Source: Macrostomum lignano (lineage: Eukaryota). From it: 64,000 bases of DNA. The notes under the pieces are model-generated. The model made no database searches. It saw only the letters and a list, made by a program, of their open reading frames with translations, and was not told the origin of the DNA. Below are positions 13,441 through 29,957 of this stretch, piece after piece; the first letter of the stretch is position 1; each line of letters opens with the position of its first letter. The stretch spans positions 496,001 through 560,000 of the forward strand of contig NIVC01000416.1 in NCBI GenBank assembly GCA_002269645.1, in the 5' to 3' direction. The translations under genes were made by a program, and so were the position numbers.

Positions 13441-16141
13441 AAATGCGGCAGGACCAAGCGAGGGCAGCGGAGCGCCCGTCGGCGTGTTGAGCGTCGGCGT
13501 GAGCGGAACCGACGAGGCCGGCTGCGTGGCGCCGCCCGTCGAGCTGCCGCGCGGGTCCACTCGGATCCTCCGGGTGGCGCCGGGGACCGCGAGGCTCAAC
13601 TGTATCGAGCCCCAGCCGTATCACAGGGAGTGCTTCGAGTCGGGACGCTGAACTGCCGGACCCTGAAGGATTCCTGGCGGAGAGGGCAGCTAGCGAAGCT
13701 AGCACTCGACCTCAGCTGCGATGTCATCTCGCTGCAGGAGGTATCCATCAAGGCCGACCCGGGAATTCACTGTGAGGACCTGGGTGCTGGCTGGACCCTC
13801 TGGTACACCTCAGCTGATCAGCGAGGTTGAGGAGGAGTTGGGGCGCTGATCGGGCCGAGGCCGCAGCAGAGCTGCTGCTGCGTCTCACTCTCTGCACGGC
13901 TGCTCCGTGTCGATGTCCGGCTCCGCGGCCGGAATGCCCGCCTGTTCTGCGCGTACGCACCGCCTGCCACCCGCCCTGATGAAGCTTAAGCCTTCTTTGA
14001 CTTCCTCTCCGAGCAGGTTGAAGCGATGGCACAGCGCGACACGGTGATCGTGCTCGGTGATCTCAACGCTGTGCCGCGCCTCTCTGAGCGGTCGCTGTAT
14101 GTAACACCACGCGAGAACGGCAACACTGGAGCGCTGGACGACTTCCTGGCCCGACATGATCTGGTGTCAGTCAACACCCGTTTCCGCCGTCCGCCTAGGA
14201 GGCTCGCGACCTTCGTGGGCTGCCAACAGTGGCGACGGAACGCGCGGAGTCGGTTCGCCACGCGGAGACTAGCACAGCTGGACCACGTGCTTGTGCGCTT
14301 CCGCGAGCGCAGCCGCGCCATCAACTGCCGCATCATCACGCCGCTGGCCTTGCGATCCGACCACCGGCTTGTCATCTGCGACCTCCACGTCCGGGACCCG
14401 CTGTACCGGCCGCCAAAGCGTCTGCAGCGGCGCTACGAGTACTACCGCGCGCTGAAGAATACCGAGACGCGCCGCCGCTTCGCGAATGCTTTCTGCACCG
14501 AACTGGGTAGTGCACGCGGCTCTGCCGAGTACGCCGCAGTCAGTGCAGCTGCACTGCCGCTGAACAGTCGGTGCCGCTAATGCGGCCTACCCAGCGGGGA
14601 CAACCGGTCTGGATGGAAGATGAGGAGGTCAGACAGGCGGCAGACAACGTGAAGCGCATCCGTCTGAGTGGCCAGCCAGCGCACGATGCAGAGGAGGCCC
14701 TGGCGCGCGTCTACCAGGAGCGGCAGCTCGCCGCCGTTGACGACGCCATTCGAGCCGTCTCTGCTGCGGGCCCTGACGCAAGGAGCCGCGTGGCCTGGTC
14801 CACCATCAACACCCTGACGGGGTGCAAGCGGCGAGCGGTGCTCAACCTGGCAGGCGACAGCCCGGACGAGCTCGGTCTGCGCACGATCTTCGCCGCCATC
14901 GTCAATGCACCGCCGCCGCCCACGCTGCCAGCTGATCTGCAACTGCCGCCTGAAACACCAGTGCCAACGGTGGAGCAGTTCAACACCAGTCCAGTCACCC
15001 CTGCCGATGCTGTGACCCTCGCCTTTAAGACCCCGGGTGGCAGGGCGCTGGGTCCAGACGAAGTGCCAATCGAGGCGCTGCGCATCAACTGCATGGCCAC
15101 TGAGGTCACCCGTGTGATCAACAGCGTGCTTGCCGGAGGTCCAGCGCCTACCGAATGGACCATGGCACACATCGTCGGCATACCAAAGAAGCCTGGCACC
15201 ACCAAGCTGGAGGAACATCGAGACATCTGCCTAATGTCCATCGCCGCGAAACTGTTCAACCGGCTCCTGATTACCCGGTTGCAGCCCGTGCTGGATCCCT
15301 ACCTGCGGACCGAGCAGAACGGGTTCCGGCCAAGACGCGGCACTGTTACGCATATCCTGGCCCTTCGGCGAGTCATCGAGAAGGCGCGCACGCGCCATTT
15401 AAGCCTGATCGTGGTCTTCGTCGACTTCAGGAAGGCTTTCGACTCGGTTGCCAGAAGCGCGCTTCCATTGGTACTCAGAGCGTACAACGTGCCGCAGCAA
15501 CTGGTCAATGCTTGCCGCAGCAACTGGTCAATGCTACGATGGCGCTGTACCAGAACACCAGAGCTGCGGTGGTGACGCCAGACGGCCTCTCGGACACCCT
15601 CGACACGTCATTCGGAGTACTCCAGGGGGACACGCTGGCGCCCTTCCTGTTTGTACTGGTTCTGGACTGGGTGCTGCGGACTGCCCTACCAACAGCCGGT
15701 GATCGAGACCGTCCTGCTTTACAACGCTGAAACATGGACGCTGATGGAGACGCTCGAGCGACAGGTCGACGCGGCGCACGCTGGCCTGCTGCGCGCTGCC
15801 TTCAAGATCGGCGGCGGCGAGCATGTCACCAACGCGGTGCTGTACACCCGAGCTCGCCTGACCCGCCCCAGCGATCTGCTTCGCCGCCGGCGGCTACAGC
15901 TGGCAGGCCACCTCATCCGCGCTGAGGCGTACTGCCCCGAGCCGGCGCAGGAGGCGCTGCTACTTGCGCTCCCGGCGCCCTTCCGGCGGGGGCAGGCGCG
16001 CACTCGGCGGTATCCGGACTGCCTGCTGGCCGATGCTGGCGCTCCCGACCAGGCCGGTGGACCGGCCTTTCTCCGCTCCCGTGCTCTGAGGCGCGACGCC
16101 CAACATCGACCCTGGGGCGTAACTTGTTGCTGTTGTTGTTG
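13441..16141 (+). mobile_element. Degenerate RTE-like non-LTR retrotransposon (APE endonuclease plus partial RT)
   Basis: APE motifs LRVGTLNCRTL..LQEV, VLGDLNA, LDHVLV, SDHRLV. RT motifs GPDEVP, EQNGFRP, FVDFRKAFDSV, GVLQGDTLAPFLF. C-terminal ETVLLYNAETWTL and GHLIR. Stops and frameshifts present, (GTT)n tail, candidate TSD TTGGGCC (13434-13440, 16142-16148). Confidence 0.88.
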
Positions 16142-16731
16142 TTGGGCCGTTGGTTTTTCACTGTTCAGCTGGAGTCCCTTGAAATTTCAATGCAAAGCCC
16201 TGACTCAATCAACCAAGTCAGAGCCAGACGGCAATTGTGGGGTGGTTGCTGTGCTGCATAGTGGAGCGGGATTGAGTTCCTCCCTCTCCTACTCTTTCTA
16301 TTCTAACCCTCTGCCTATGGCGCCATCGCCGCTAAAACAACTATAATAGGCTGCCATCCGGAGTGCTTGAGGGTTAGAGTCCATCCGGAGTCCATCCGGA
16401 GTCTTGAAGGGGGTGTTGGGGGACAATACCCCCCCCTCAAGCGCACATTTAGGGGGAGACGTATTCTCAGGCCTTCAATAAATTCCAAGGCAATTCCATG
16501 GAAATTATTTTTGAACATGGAACTAAACAAAAAAAGAAGCGTAGTAAGCTAAAATCTTTTTAAAGAGAACTAACTAACAACTGTGTATATTTTCAAAATC
16601 TGAATTAACATTTTTCGCGAGAAAACACTGAGTTAGTACCCAGCCCGGAAGGAAACCAGAGAAACAGAGGAACACCGAGGTTGGCGAGAACACAGAGGCG
16701 AAGCAACGAAGCAATTCTCACAAACGCTGAA

Positions 16732-20125
<3,394 letters not shown>

Positions 20126-20574
20126 GCTTCTGTTCTTGTAAGCTGAATTGGTTGATAATTTTAATCACGTTAACACTTTTAATACTCGTAATAGCACCGT
20201 AAAAATTTTATCAATCCATCGTTTCATCATCAGATTTTGTCACTGCATTCGTACTTTTATTTCATTCGCATTGATACTATAAAAGCCTAAAGTTTTTGTC
20301 TAAAAAATAGGATTTTTTCTTTCTCTATGGGATAGATTCTCATTGTGGGTTAATCAGAATGATTTATTAACTATCTTAATTATGACAGGATCATGACAGG
20401 TCTGTTTGCGGGTGTGTTTTTTGTGACTTTTTATTTATCTGACATCCCGATTCAATGTAATCAAACTATTCTTATTCAGCAGCTGACACATTGATCCAAC
20501 AAGTTTGCTTTCTAATGTCCTGAGAATTGGTTGTATTCGAAAAGACTCATAATTCTTGTAATAATTTCTAGCGT

Positions 20575-21150
20575 TGGTAGTTTCTAAGTATGCAGCTGAG
20601 TTGGACATTGGTAGTTTCTAAGTATGCAGCTGAGTTGGACATTGGTAGTTTCTAAGTATGCAGCTGAGTTGGACATTGGTAGTTTCTAAGTATGCAGCTG
20701 AGTTGGACATTGGTAGTTTCTAAGTATGCAGCTAAGTTGGACATTGGTAGTTTCTAAGTATGCAGCTGAGTTGGACATTGGTAGTTTCTAAGTATGCAGC
20801 TGAGTTGGACATTGGTAGTTTCTAAGTATACAGCTGAGTTGGACATTGGTAGTTTCTAAGTATGCGGCTGAGTTGGACATTGGTAGTTTCTAAGTATGCA
20901 GCTGAGTTGGACATTGGTAGTTTCTAAGTATGCAGCTGAGTTGGACATTGGTAGTTTCTAAGTATGCAGCTGAGTTGGACATTGGTAGTTTCTAAGTATG
21001 CAGCTGGGTTGGACATTGGTAGTTTCTAAGTATGCAGCTGAGTTGGACATTGGTAGTTTCTAAGTATGCAGCTGAGTTGGACATTGGTAGTTTCTAAGTA
21101 TGCAGCTGAGCTGGACATTGGTAGTTTCTAAGTATGCAGCTGAGCTGGAC
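20575..21150 (+). repeat. 34-bp minisatellite (TGGTAGTTTCTAAGTATGCAGCTGAGTTGGACAT)n
   Basis: About 17 near-identical copies with period 34. Confidence 0.95.
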
Positions 21151-23698
21151 AAGTGCATTGTAGCTTCTATACGCATTGTGTAGGCAAAGATGACGTCATT
21201 CCTCACTTTTGTGGTGATTATTCCACCCTGATTTCGCGCTAATGCAAAGGTTATGGGTAAATAGATAACAAAAAGGGGAGAAGACGTGATTAAATTTGTA
21301 CATGGGACGAATGTACATTGGAGAACAACTGTGGAATAATAGTCAAAAGTCTGGGTGAAAGTGTGTTCGATGACCAATTCACACTCCTTTAAGTTTTCCT
21401 CTTATTTTTTGTCATAATTCAATGAAACATGTTATATTACACAGCTATTATACTCGTATTAATACTCGTAATGCTAAATTTTGCACGCCAATAAGCCCTG
21501 TTTGCTATTTGTTAATATGCACTTACTCTGAACTTTTCAGAAGTGTAAAAATATACAAAAATAGTATGTGTACTCGTTACGAGCAACAAATGTTCACTCC
21601 TGCAACAAGGTAAAGTTTTTTATCCCGAGAAACCACTGTGCATGGTCAACTTTTCTCCTATCTCAGCCCCAAGTAACGCAATTCACACTACGCTCACGGT
21701 TCGTGATGCAATTTGCGTCAGAAGGACCTGGCTTAGGCTGGTGAGGAGAGAGGGGAGTGTTGTGGCCGCTAGAGTTTGGATTAAAGCTTCCACTGGGTGA
21801 CCACTGATTTCGGGCTGGGAAGCTTTTTAACATATTGCTAAGTGTATTTTGAACCTATAAATATTCTAACTAGTTTATTAATTTCAAATTTATTTGAAGT
21901 GCGCCGGCCTTCTTGTCAGTTGGTCAGGTTTAATGTAATGCAAGATAATGCAGCAGCTGGGTCCTACAGCTAAGAGAAGACAGCTAGAGAGATAAGATTA
22001 GCTTAATTCCAGAGAACCGCCGCAACCATTTGGTTGAATTGGCTCAACAAACCACAGTGCTTTCGGAATCGGATTTCCGACTAGAAGAACACTTACATGC
22101 ACCTGGCAGGCTACATGTAATGTATTTCAGCTGAAGTCATGACTGATAAAACCCAAAACATCTTAAGATCTTATCAGATTCAAAGACACGTTAGGTTAAA
22201 AATTGGCGTAAAAATAAATTACATGTAACTGCATAATCCGCAAGAAGCTTATATTAAATCTTACTGTCAAATTGTCGATCGTTGGCCGAAATTTTTGCAA
22301 TAGTGCAAGTTGCGCACCTGATTTAATTCAGTGTAGCGTATTCACTATATTATAACTATTGTATTCCAGAAACTTCCGCGTAAACACGCACTTTCTATAT
22401 TTGGTATTTTGAACTCCCGCGCACCCCTTTTTATTGTAGAAACTACTTCTCGAACTTTCCGGATTCCGGAATGTTCTATCAACACGAATGTTAATATACA
22501 GCACCCTAGCACCAATTATTCAAGTCTCTAACTCTCTCTTCTTTTCCACACGGAAAACAATCAAAGCAAAAATCAAAGCAGACAAACCACCGCTTTTTAC
22601 GCCTCGATTATTTTCCGCAAAATTACATCAGTCTAAATATACTAAATTTTTTTATTCTAAATATACTAACATGTATTTAAATGTACCGTTTGCGCTACTC
22701 GGTTTGCGCAACGAATATCCTATGAAAGTATCATTTTATTTGACCTCTAATTAAAAAATCCTCTATTTGACTGCGCAAATCTACGATCATAAATATTGCT
22801 GCTACCACCGTTCCCGTAGTCTCACTTAAATTTAGTGTCTGCTTCATATATTATACTTCATTTCTACTGAGTGCTTTACGTCTGATAGCGAGCGAATAGT
22901 TATGGATTATTTATTGTTATATTGTTGCGTTGAGCACTAACATGTACATGTACTATTGTCCAACAGATACTTTATGTACTTTATCATTCACATTAAAAAA
23001 ATATCGTTGCCTCAATAAGTGTAGGTGTTACATATATATGTAGATGTAGATGAGGTGTACATACGATCTATATGACCGTTTTATCCACTCTGTCTAGATC
23101 AAAGCTTGGATGGCATAAAATCTATCTCTGGGCCACATTCGTTAATTTTTACTACAGCCGTTCCCGGCAATTTCTATACATGTCCTTACATGTACAATTG
23201 ATGTAGAATAAAGTATAGTATAAAATAGCATTTAGCTAAAGCAAAACTTCTGTAGCAACGTGGAGCTACCATGTCATGTCTATTTTTAAACGCGCTGTCT
23301 TTCCGTTTAATGTGCAGAAAATTTAGTTCTATCTATATTTTTCCAACCTCTGTACTGGACAATGCTTTGAATGTGCTGCTCACACCATGCACGTACAATA
23401 ATAAGCGTTGCTTTAAATGCGTACTTAGGTATTTAAATTTACGCGGGTACGTTGATGTGTACATCTGTGTATAATGAATAGTGAATACATTAAAAACAGG
23501 TAAAACACGGATTCTAAATTCGGTATAAAAATTCTATGTTCTACGATTAACTTTTTGCTGTCTTTTTTGTCTTTTTTGTTGTCATTTACCAATCGCGTCT
23601 GTAAGTTTCTTATCTGAGGTATAATAAAATAAGAATAAAATATTTAAATTTATTATCGAATGTTTTTTTTTCGAATCTCTGCAGCTCTATAATTTATC

Positions 23699-26600
23699 AT
23701 GCTCCGTGAATTACTCGGCGCAACAATAAAGTTGCTCGCTATGCTATTGCTTGGCTACTACATTGAAAGGTAAGAATATGTGAAGCAAATGAATACTTAA
23801 TTACTATACATGTAGATGCTTTTAGCCAACAGGGCCAAAAGCAGCAAGAGGGAAGGCACAGGCGTGGCGACAAAGGCAGCGGACGAAACGAGTCCTGCGA
23901 TAGCGAATATATTTTATGATTTGAGGCGATTAAAAGGGAAGTCACGAAGCAACGGAATAAAAGCATTATAAGAAAATTAATAAATAAAAAATTTACGAGC
24001 CAAAGCGCTCTCGCAGCGCGCACGAGAGAGCGTGAGCGCACAAATAAAAGGGGGCCGACGCCGCCCACCCCCAACCCAACACCCCCGCCTGCCGGCCGGC
24101 ACCCAGCACCCCACCTTGCGGCAGGGATGCACACGCGCGGGCCGCACGCACAGACGGGCGGAGGGGGCGGCCCCGTCGGCTAAAAACGATTACAGAGTCG
24201 GTTAAAACCGGCCCCTGAAATCGCAACCATATTATCGTACAGCATTGAATTTTTGGTTTTCTTGCAGAGCTCATGCTGGAGACTACTTCTGCTTTCCACA
24301 CGGCACTCGACTGATTGACATCAGCAGCAGTACCAGCATCGGATTTTCGGACCATCGGGTCGTCCCGAAAACGGACCAAGCCATCCAAGAGCTCAATAAG
24401 AATCTGAGTTGTCATTGGATTTTTCATTTCAACCTCAACCGAGATGAGTTAATCCTTGTTCTGAGTGGATTCAACGTAGGCAAAGCGGAGTTCTATCGCC
24501 AAAGACTGGGCCGATCCGCAGAGTTGACAGGCGTACAGCCTCCGAGAATGCGGTACCGTCTTGATGCACCAGCTGAAAGTAGTGAGTATTGGAGGGGAAC
24601 AAATTAACTTAATTAGCTACGAGTACTACGGAATGCAGCACGAAGTGGACTAGAGTTGGAACCGCTGGAAGAGACGTTGCTAGATGGTACATGTATGTCT
24701 AATTGGCTTAGGCATACATATTGGCTTAGACTATGAGTCGTAGATCAAATATTCAGACAAGTGCATACGAGCGTACGGCTCATAATAGACTGCAGAAACG
24801 ATTTTGCCCAAAGCCGTTATAGCTTAACAGTAGAACAATATACGGAACTCCCTGACATTTTCTTGCTGCACCGGAACGGAGCAATGCAGGCACACAAAAG
24901 AAATTCAATAACACGGACTAACCCGGTGCACCTTCTCAAACAAGAATCAAGTCGCCAGCCCCCGGACTGTCGAGATATTCGACGGTTTTGCCAGAAGTTC
25001 GGATTTTTCCGAAATTTTTCCAATAAGTGCTGGTGTATTCAATGCATCCCTGTGCGTCAGTCAATACTGCGCCTCACTGCAGCCTTGCCAAGCCTCCTAA
25101 TTTCATCAGCACATTGACTACAAGGGTCTGCATCGGCTCTGACTTTTACTCGAGGCAGATTTGTTTTCATTGTTCTTTCAATGTCCCTCCATAAACCATT
25201 GTAAGACATCTAGAGAAGCAAAAATACGAATTGAGGCTTATTAGGAATATCGATTTTTTCATAATTAAATCTTTGCAAACAAACCTACATGTCATAGATT
25301 TCATTTTTCTAGAAACAGAATGTCCCCACTGTGCACTAGTCGTCCGATTATATGCCATCCAACTGACTTTTAGCATGATTATTAAAAAATCAAAATGCAC
25401 GTTCATGTGTCCACTGGTCCTCATACTCGTATTGCAGAATGTTCTTTGAACGAAAGTCGAGGTTGGAAGACGGTTGATGAGACAACTCTGGAAATTGTGC
25501 AAATTTCAAGCAGGTAAATTTTTTTATTTTGACTGTTAACAATATATTTCTGAAATCGGGAAGAAATCCGAAAGATAAAAACTGTCAATATTTTTGTTAA
25601 AACGGTTTGGTAAAAGGTTATAAAAGTAAATCAAATCAGATAAAATTAGAATTCGGTACAATACATGCCTCCTGGCTCACAGATTGCTCAGCGAAAGTGG
25701 GTTTAAATCATTACATAATGCCTTGATAGGGCAATCGAAGTAGTCGAAGAACATCAAGACCGAACATTTTGGAAATCATGTATTTAGTACAGGGGTTTGG
25801 CAAACGTTTTACCTCAAGGGCTAGATATGAAATGGGGCTCAGAGAGGAGAGAAGTGAGAGAGATGAGAAAAAGATGAGAGGGAGATTAGAAATAATGGAG
25901 TTGATAAGAGACACAAACCTTAGGCGAGCCGGATTGCTATTGTGAAGTTTCAAATGACCCGAGGGCCGGATAGAGAGGCTTTACGGGCCGGACTTTGCCG
26001 AACTCCTTATTTCGTATAAACATGCACCGCATTTAACTAATGGTGTGAATTTTGGTTCTCAATCAATCTGAGAAATCTGTTAAGCTTATAAACACATGCA
26101 GATTTGATGTCTTCATAGCAATAATATTTGTAGATCAGTGTGCTAAAACTATTATAACTAGAACGTAGGGATCGTCTCCTAGTATAGGCTAATATCGCAT
26201 TCTCAGCTCAGATACACATCGAATTTTCAGAAGCAAACTGTCCATTGAGTTCGATCAAGCGACAGGCAGTCAACATGATTTACAAGGGCTCAGAATCCAG
26301 CTAATGGAACCACAGACCTGCGACAGAGATGTGGTATATTTCGATGGCAACTGTTACATGATTGCACCGGTTCGCAGGTCTCTGATTGACCAACTGGCTG
26401 TTATCAATCGAGAAAGCAGAGTCGCGCAGCTTGCCAGTTTCAATAGCTCCATCACTATGCGGCAATTCTTGGCTCAAAGTGAGATTTTTTAGTGTGTTTT
26501 TATTGAAAATCTTTAAAAATGGCTATAGACAGTGGGTATAGATAATGAGAATTTGTTCGGACTTGATAGATTCTCGATTCACTGTGAATAAAATGAGTCA

Positions 26601-27938
26601 ATTTCTCAATGTGAAAAGTGTGTCCATAGTTATACAGTTATACATGTACATGTTGCAGTGCTGGGCCTCGGAGACAGACTTGCCATACACTACTTAGAAG
26701 GAAAAAAGCAAACTTGGATACCCCTAAATGGCCTCGTCTTTTTTACAAAGGCCTCTTTTATTGAATAGCTCAGTAATTCCAAGCTTCTTCTTCTACAGAC
26801 TTAAAGGCTCTTATTTCTAGGAAAACGACGATTAAATAGAGAATTTCAAACAAAGTATTCTGTAACTTGATTTCTACACACGATTTTTAAAAAACTAAGT
26901 AGAAGTTTAACGGGATTGACTTTATTGTCTATGGCCGAGTACAGTTCTATGGCACAGTGGCTGCTGCTGCAGCGAATCAAGATTCTCGACTTGATCATTG
27001 ATTTATAAAAATATTCAGCTCTTTTTTCAACAATGAATTGAGTTTTACTCAAGTTTAAGCATCTTTTCTTTAAGCAGAGTTTGAAACGATCTTTTTAAGC
27101 AAATAATCACTTTACGAGACTCAGATTGGTAGTCAATAACATTTCTTGTTCATCGAAATTTTCAGGCCAACGCGACCGCATCGGATCCGGCTTCGACGTG
27201 CACAGCAAAGTCCCGATGAACCTTTCGCAACCAGCTCGAATCGGGTTGTTTTATGATGGCGGAAACAAATCCATATATTATCTGGGGCGTAGTTCGAGCG
27301 ATCTGTGCGAGATGAATCTGCTCACTGACGCCCACAAGCTGTAAGCCAATGGAATAAGTCGTTGTACTGTACAGGTATTGCAAAAATATCGGCTTACCTG
27401 ATCCAAAATTTATTCTTTAATCTTTTGTAGATTTTACACGGTGGAATCAGCAGACAATCGAGTATTCTGTGGATCGCTGAGAACTGCTGCAGCGGTAGGA
27501 TTAATCGAATTCAGAAATTGCAGCGAGTCGCTTCCTGCGCTAATCAGTTTTCCAGACGATGGCGGCAAGACCAGCTGTTTCAGCTGCAGCTCTACCTTGC
27601 TGAGCTCTATTCGAGCTCTAGATCCGAGTCCTACGGATGTCCCTGAGCAGAATAAAAGCCTGAAACCAAATGGCGCCGTGGATAAAAATATTTCGAGAGC
27701 AATTGCTTTGGCAACACTCGCTTTCCTTCTACTCGTAGCTGCTTTGGTTTTACGCAAGGTTTGTGCAAAAAAGGAAAAAATACCGGACAAAAGGAAAACT
27801 CAAGAGCCGCCCTATGGAGACAATTCGCCGGAACAAAGTTTGCCGCTGAATAACCAGCCAGACAGAATGGGAACAGCTGACGAGAATGGCTATTACTCGT
27901 ATCCTTTAGGAGAATCTGATATATACGATTCGATATAA
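23699..27938 (+). CDS. Receptor paralog 2: signal peptide, CUB-like, C-type-lectin-like, TM, Tyr-containing tail (about 465 aa)
   Basis: Manual exons 23699-23769, 24268-24581, about 24617-24694 (least certain; implies a 35-38 nt intron), 26231-26478, 27166-27340, 27431-27938. Peptides MLRELLGATIKLLAMLLLGYYIER, LSCHWIFHFN..LILVLSGF, GLRIQLMEPQTC..YFDGNCY, QLASFNS, TM AIALATLAFLLLVAALVL, tail ..DENGYYSYPL..DIYDSI*. Confidence 0.75.
25790..26008. mobile_element. Degenerate hAT-type MITE
   Basis: Imperfect TIRs CAGGGGTTTGGCAAAC / GACTTTGCCGAACTCCTT; TSD ATTTAGTA vs ATTTCGTA (7/8). A related internal sequence recurs at about 37880-38015. Confidence 0.55.
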
Positions 27939-29957
27939 GATTCGTCAGCTAGTGAAATCCTCTGTAGAAATACCTCTGTAGATCTATACGGCATTGTCGA
28001 AAATGACAGCGCTTACAGCTTTACCGACGGTTGTTGTATTAATTTAGCGATATTGCATTTGAGATGCAAAAAACTTAATGATATTTGCGATCGAAATATG
28101 TTGCTAAAATTTAGTTTGAATGAACAAATTGTGTCACAATTAAATATTGCGCTATACAGCTTATCGTCAAATAAATCACCATTGTTCAACAATAACTTAC
28201 GAGTAGCCAGCCCCTTCTGTCGAGCCGCCGCTAAATTTCCTTCGTGTTTTACTCCCATAACGTCCTGATCTGAATTGAAATCTGAATGAAGTCAATATAC
28301 TAAAACTGGTGTTTTTTGTTTGTGTGTTTGTGAGTATGTATGTTCGATAACTCCTCTTAAATTACTGGCAAGTCAGCGTTGAAAATTATACTCGTATGGA
28401 AAAATGATATATTATATCATTAATTAGATATAACCAGCGATTAGTAGCAGTGTACGTGTAGTTACCTTCTTCTGCACTCGAGCTTGCCTTCAACAATTTT
28501 ACACAAAAAATTTACGGCATACTAAAATTAATTTATTAATTACTATGCTGACGTAAATTATACTACTACTAGTAGCTAAGGGTTTTTGGTTTTGAATAGT
28601 GTTTTAAGAACTGAAAGATCATAGCTTATCCGTTTTAGTGACAAGAGAGAGTTCAAATGCCGACGGAAGTGACACTGGCAGACATTCTATCCCCCGTGAA
28701 ATACCTCGTGGTATCATAGCTGCAGAGATCTGTTTAAAATACCTCGTCAGGTCCACAGACTCGATAGCTAGGCTCGTAGGCTACATGTACATATCGATAC
28801 TACTTAGGTACCTGTACTTCAAATTGAAATAGACGTTACAATAAATATAGAAATTACTATTGGACCACGAGGTCACGATGCCAGGTGTACGCTGATAATC
28901 AAAATTATAATCTCTTCTAGAGTACCAGCTACTCGATTGAACACTTCCCGCCAGAGTTGCTGTAGCTATGTACAGAACCTTGAACAGTGTTGTCTGGGGT
29001 TGATGGGAAAGGCAATGAAAGGAAAAGTACAACGACAACGAATATAATAACTGTTGCAAGATACTCTCCTCTCCAGAAGCGGAGTGAGACAGTGTTTTGT
29101 TTTTTTAAGATTGTAAATTTTAGAACAAGCAATAGGGGTTAAAAGATTCTGCCTAGATTTAGTACGAGTATATTAGAAGCGCTAAATAAAAAGCAAAATA
29201 ATGTGGAGCTTGCATCAGTTCGCTTTTCTTCACCAGGTGAATTGCGTTTCGTGTTACATGATTGCATCGGTAGAGCGGTGTACGCTGCACAAAGCTGTGC
29301 CCGCCTGCCAGATGATGTGCGGAGGCTGATGTGACGCGTCGGTGTCAGAGCCAAGTGCCAGCCAGGTCAGGATACAGCATGTTTATAAGAAGTCGGTCCC
29401 AGCGGTGGTAGCTTTGGGCGTGCGGCAGCGGTGAGCGGGTTAATCACGAGCCCGGGATCGGTTTTGCGGGGTGGAAACCAGTTGTGCCGGTGTGAAGTTC
29501 GGGCCTGTGTCTGTTAGCATTTCTTTTAATTATTAACATGTTCAATCGATCCCCGACTGAGTTCCCCATGAATTCGTTCAGTCTAACATATGTATAGGCT
29601 CGTACTACAGAATTAGAACAGAGCTCTCTGACAGATAAGAAACTTTCATGCTTCACTAAATAAAATAACCTTGCTTCTTTCTAACCTACTAAATTAGTGG
29701 AATTTTATTTATTATAAAGCATAAAGGTCTTTCCACCATGTAAATTTAGCCTTGGCACTGACAATCACGCCACCTCGTCAAGTGTGTTCATACTGCCAAC
29801 GCACTGAGCATAGCAGAAAGATGGCTAAAAACCTGCGCTCTGGCATAAACAATAGGGTTTTAGAGAGGCAAGATGGCTGCGCTTTCTTTCTTACATACTT
29901 CTCATTACTACATGTACATCACAAGCGATACCTACAACTTGCAAACAAAAAACGTTC

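Noticed and set aside
20575-21150. 34-bp repeat resembling a CRISPR repeat length (also the 39-, 40-, 45- and 46-bp arrays)
   Set aside because: Units are directly adjacent with no unique spacers, there are no cas genes, and the context is eukaryotic.
23828-24217. GC-rich segment ending AAAACCGGCCCCTG, a possible MITE in paralog 2 intron 1
   Set aside because: The left TIR matches only about 7 bp and there is no TSD.
24761-25117. 118-aa Cys-containing ORF in paralog 2 intron 3
   Set aside because: No counterpart in paralogs 1 or 3 and no recognisable domain; the exon chain is phase-complete without it.
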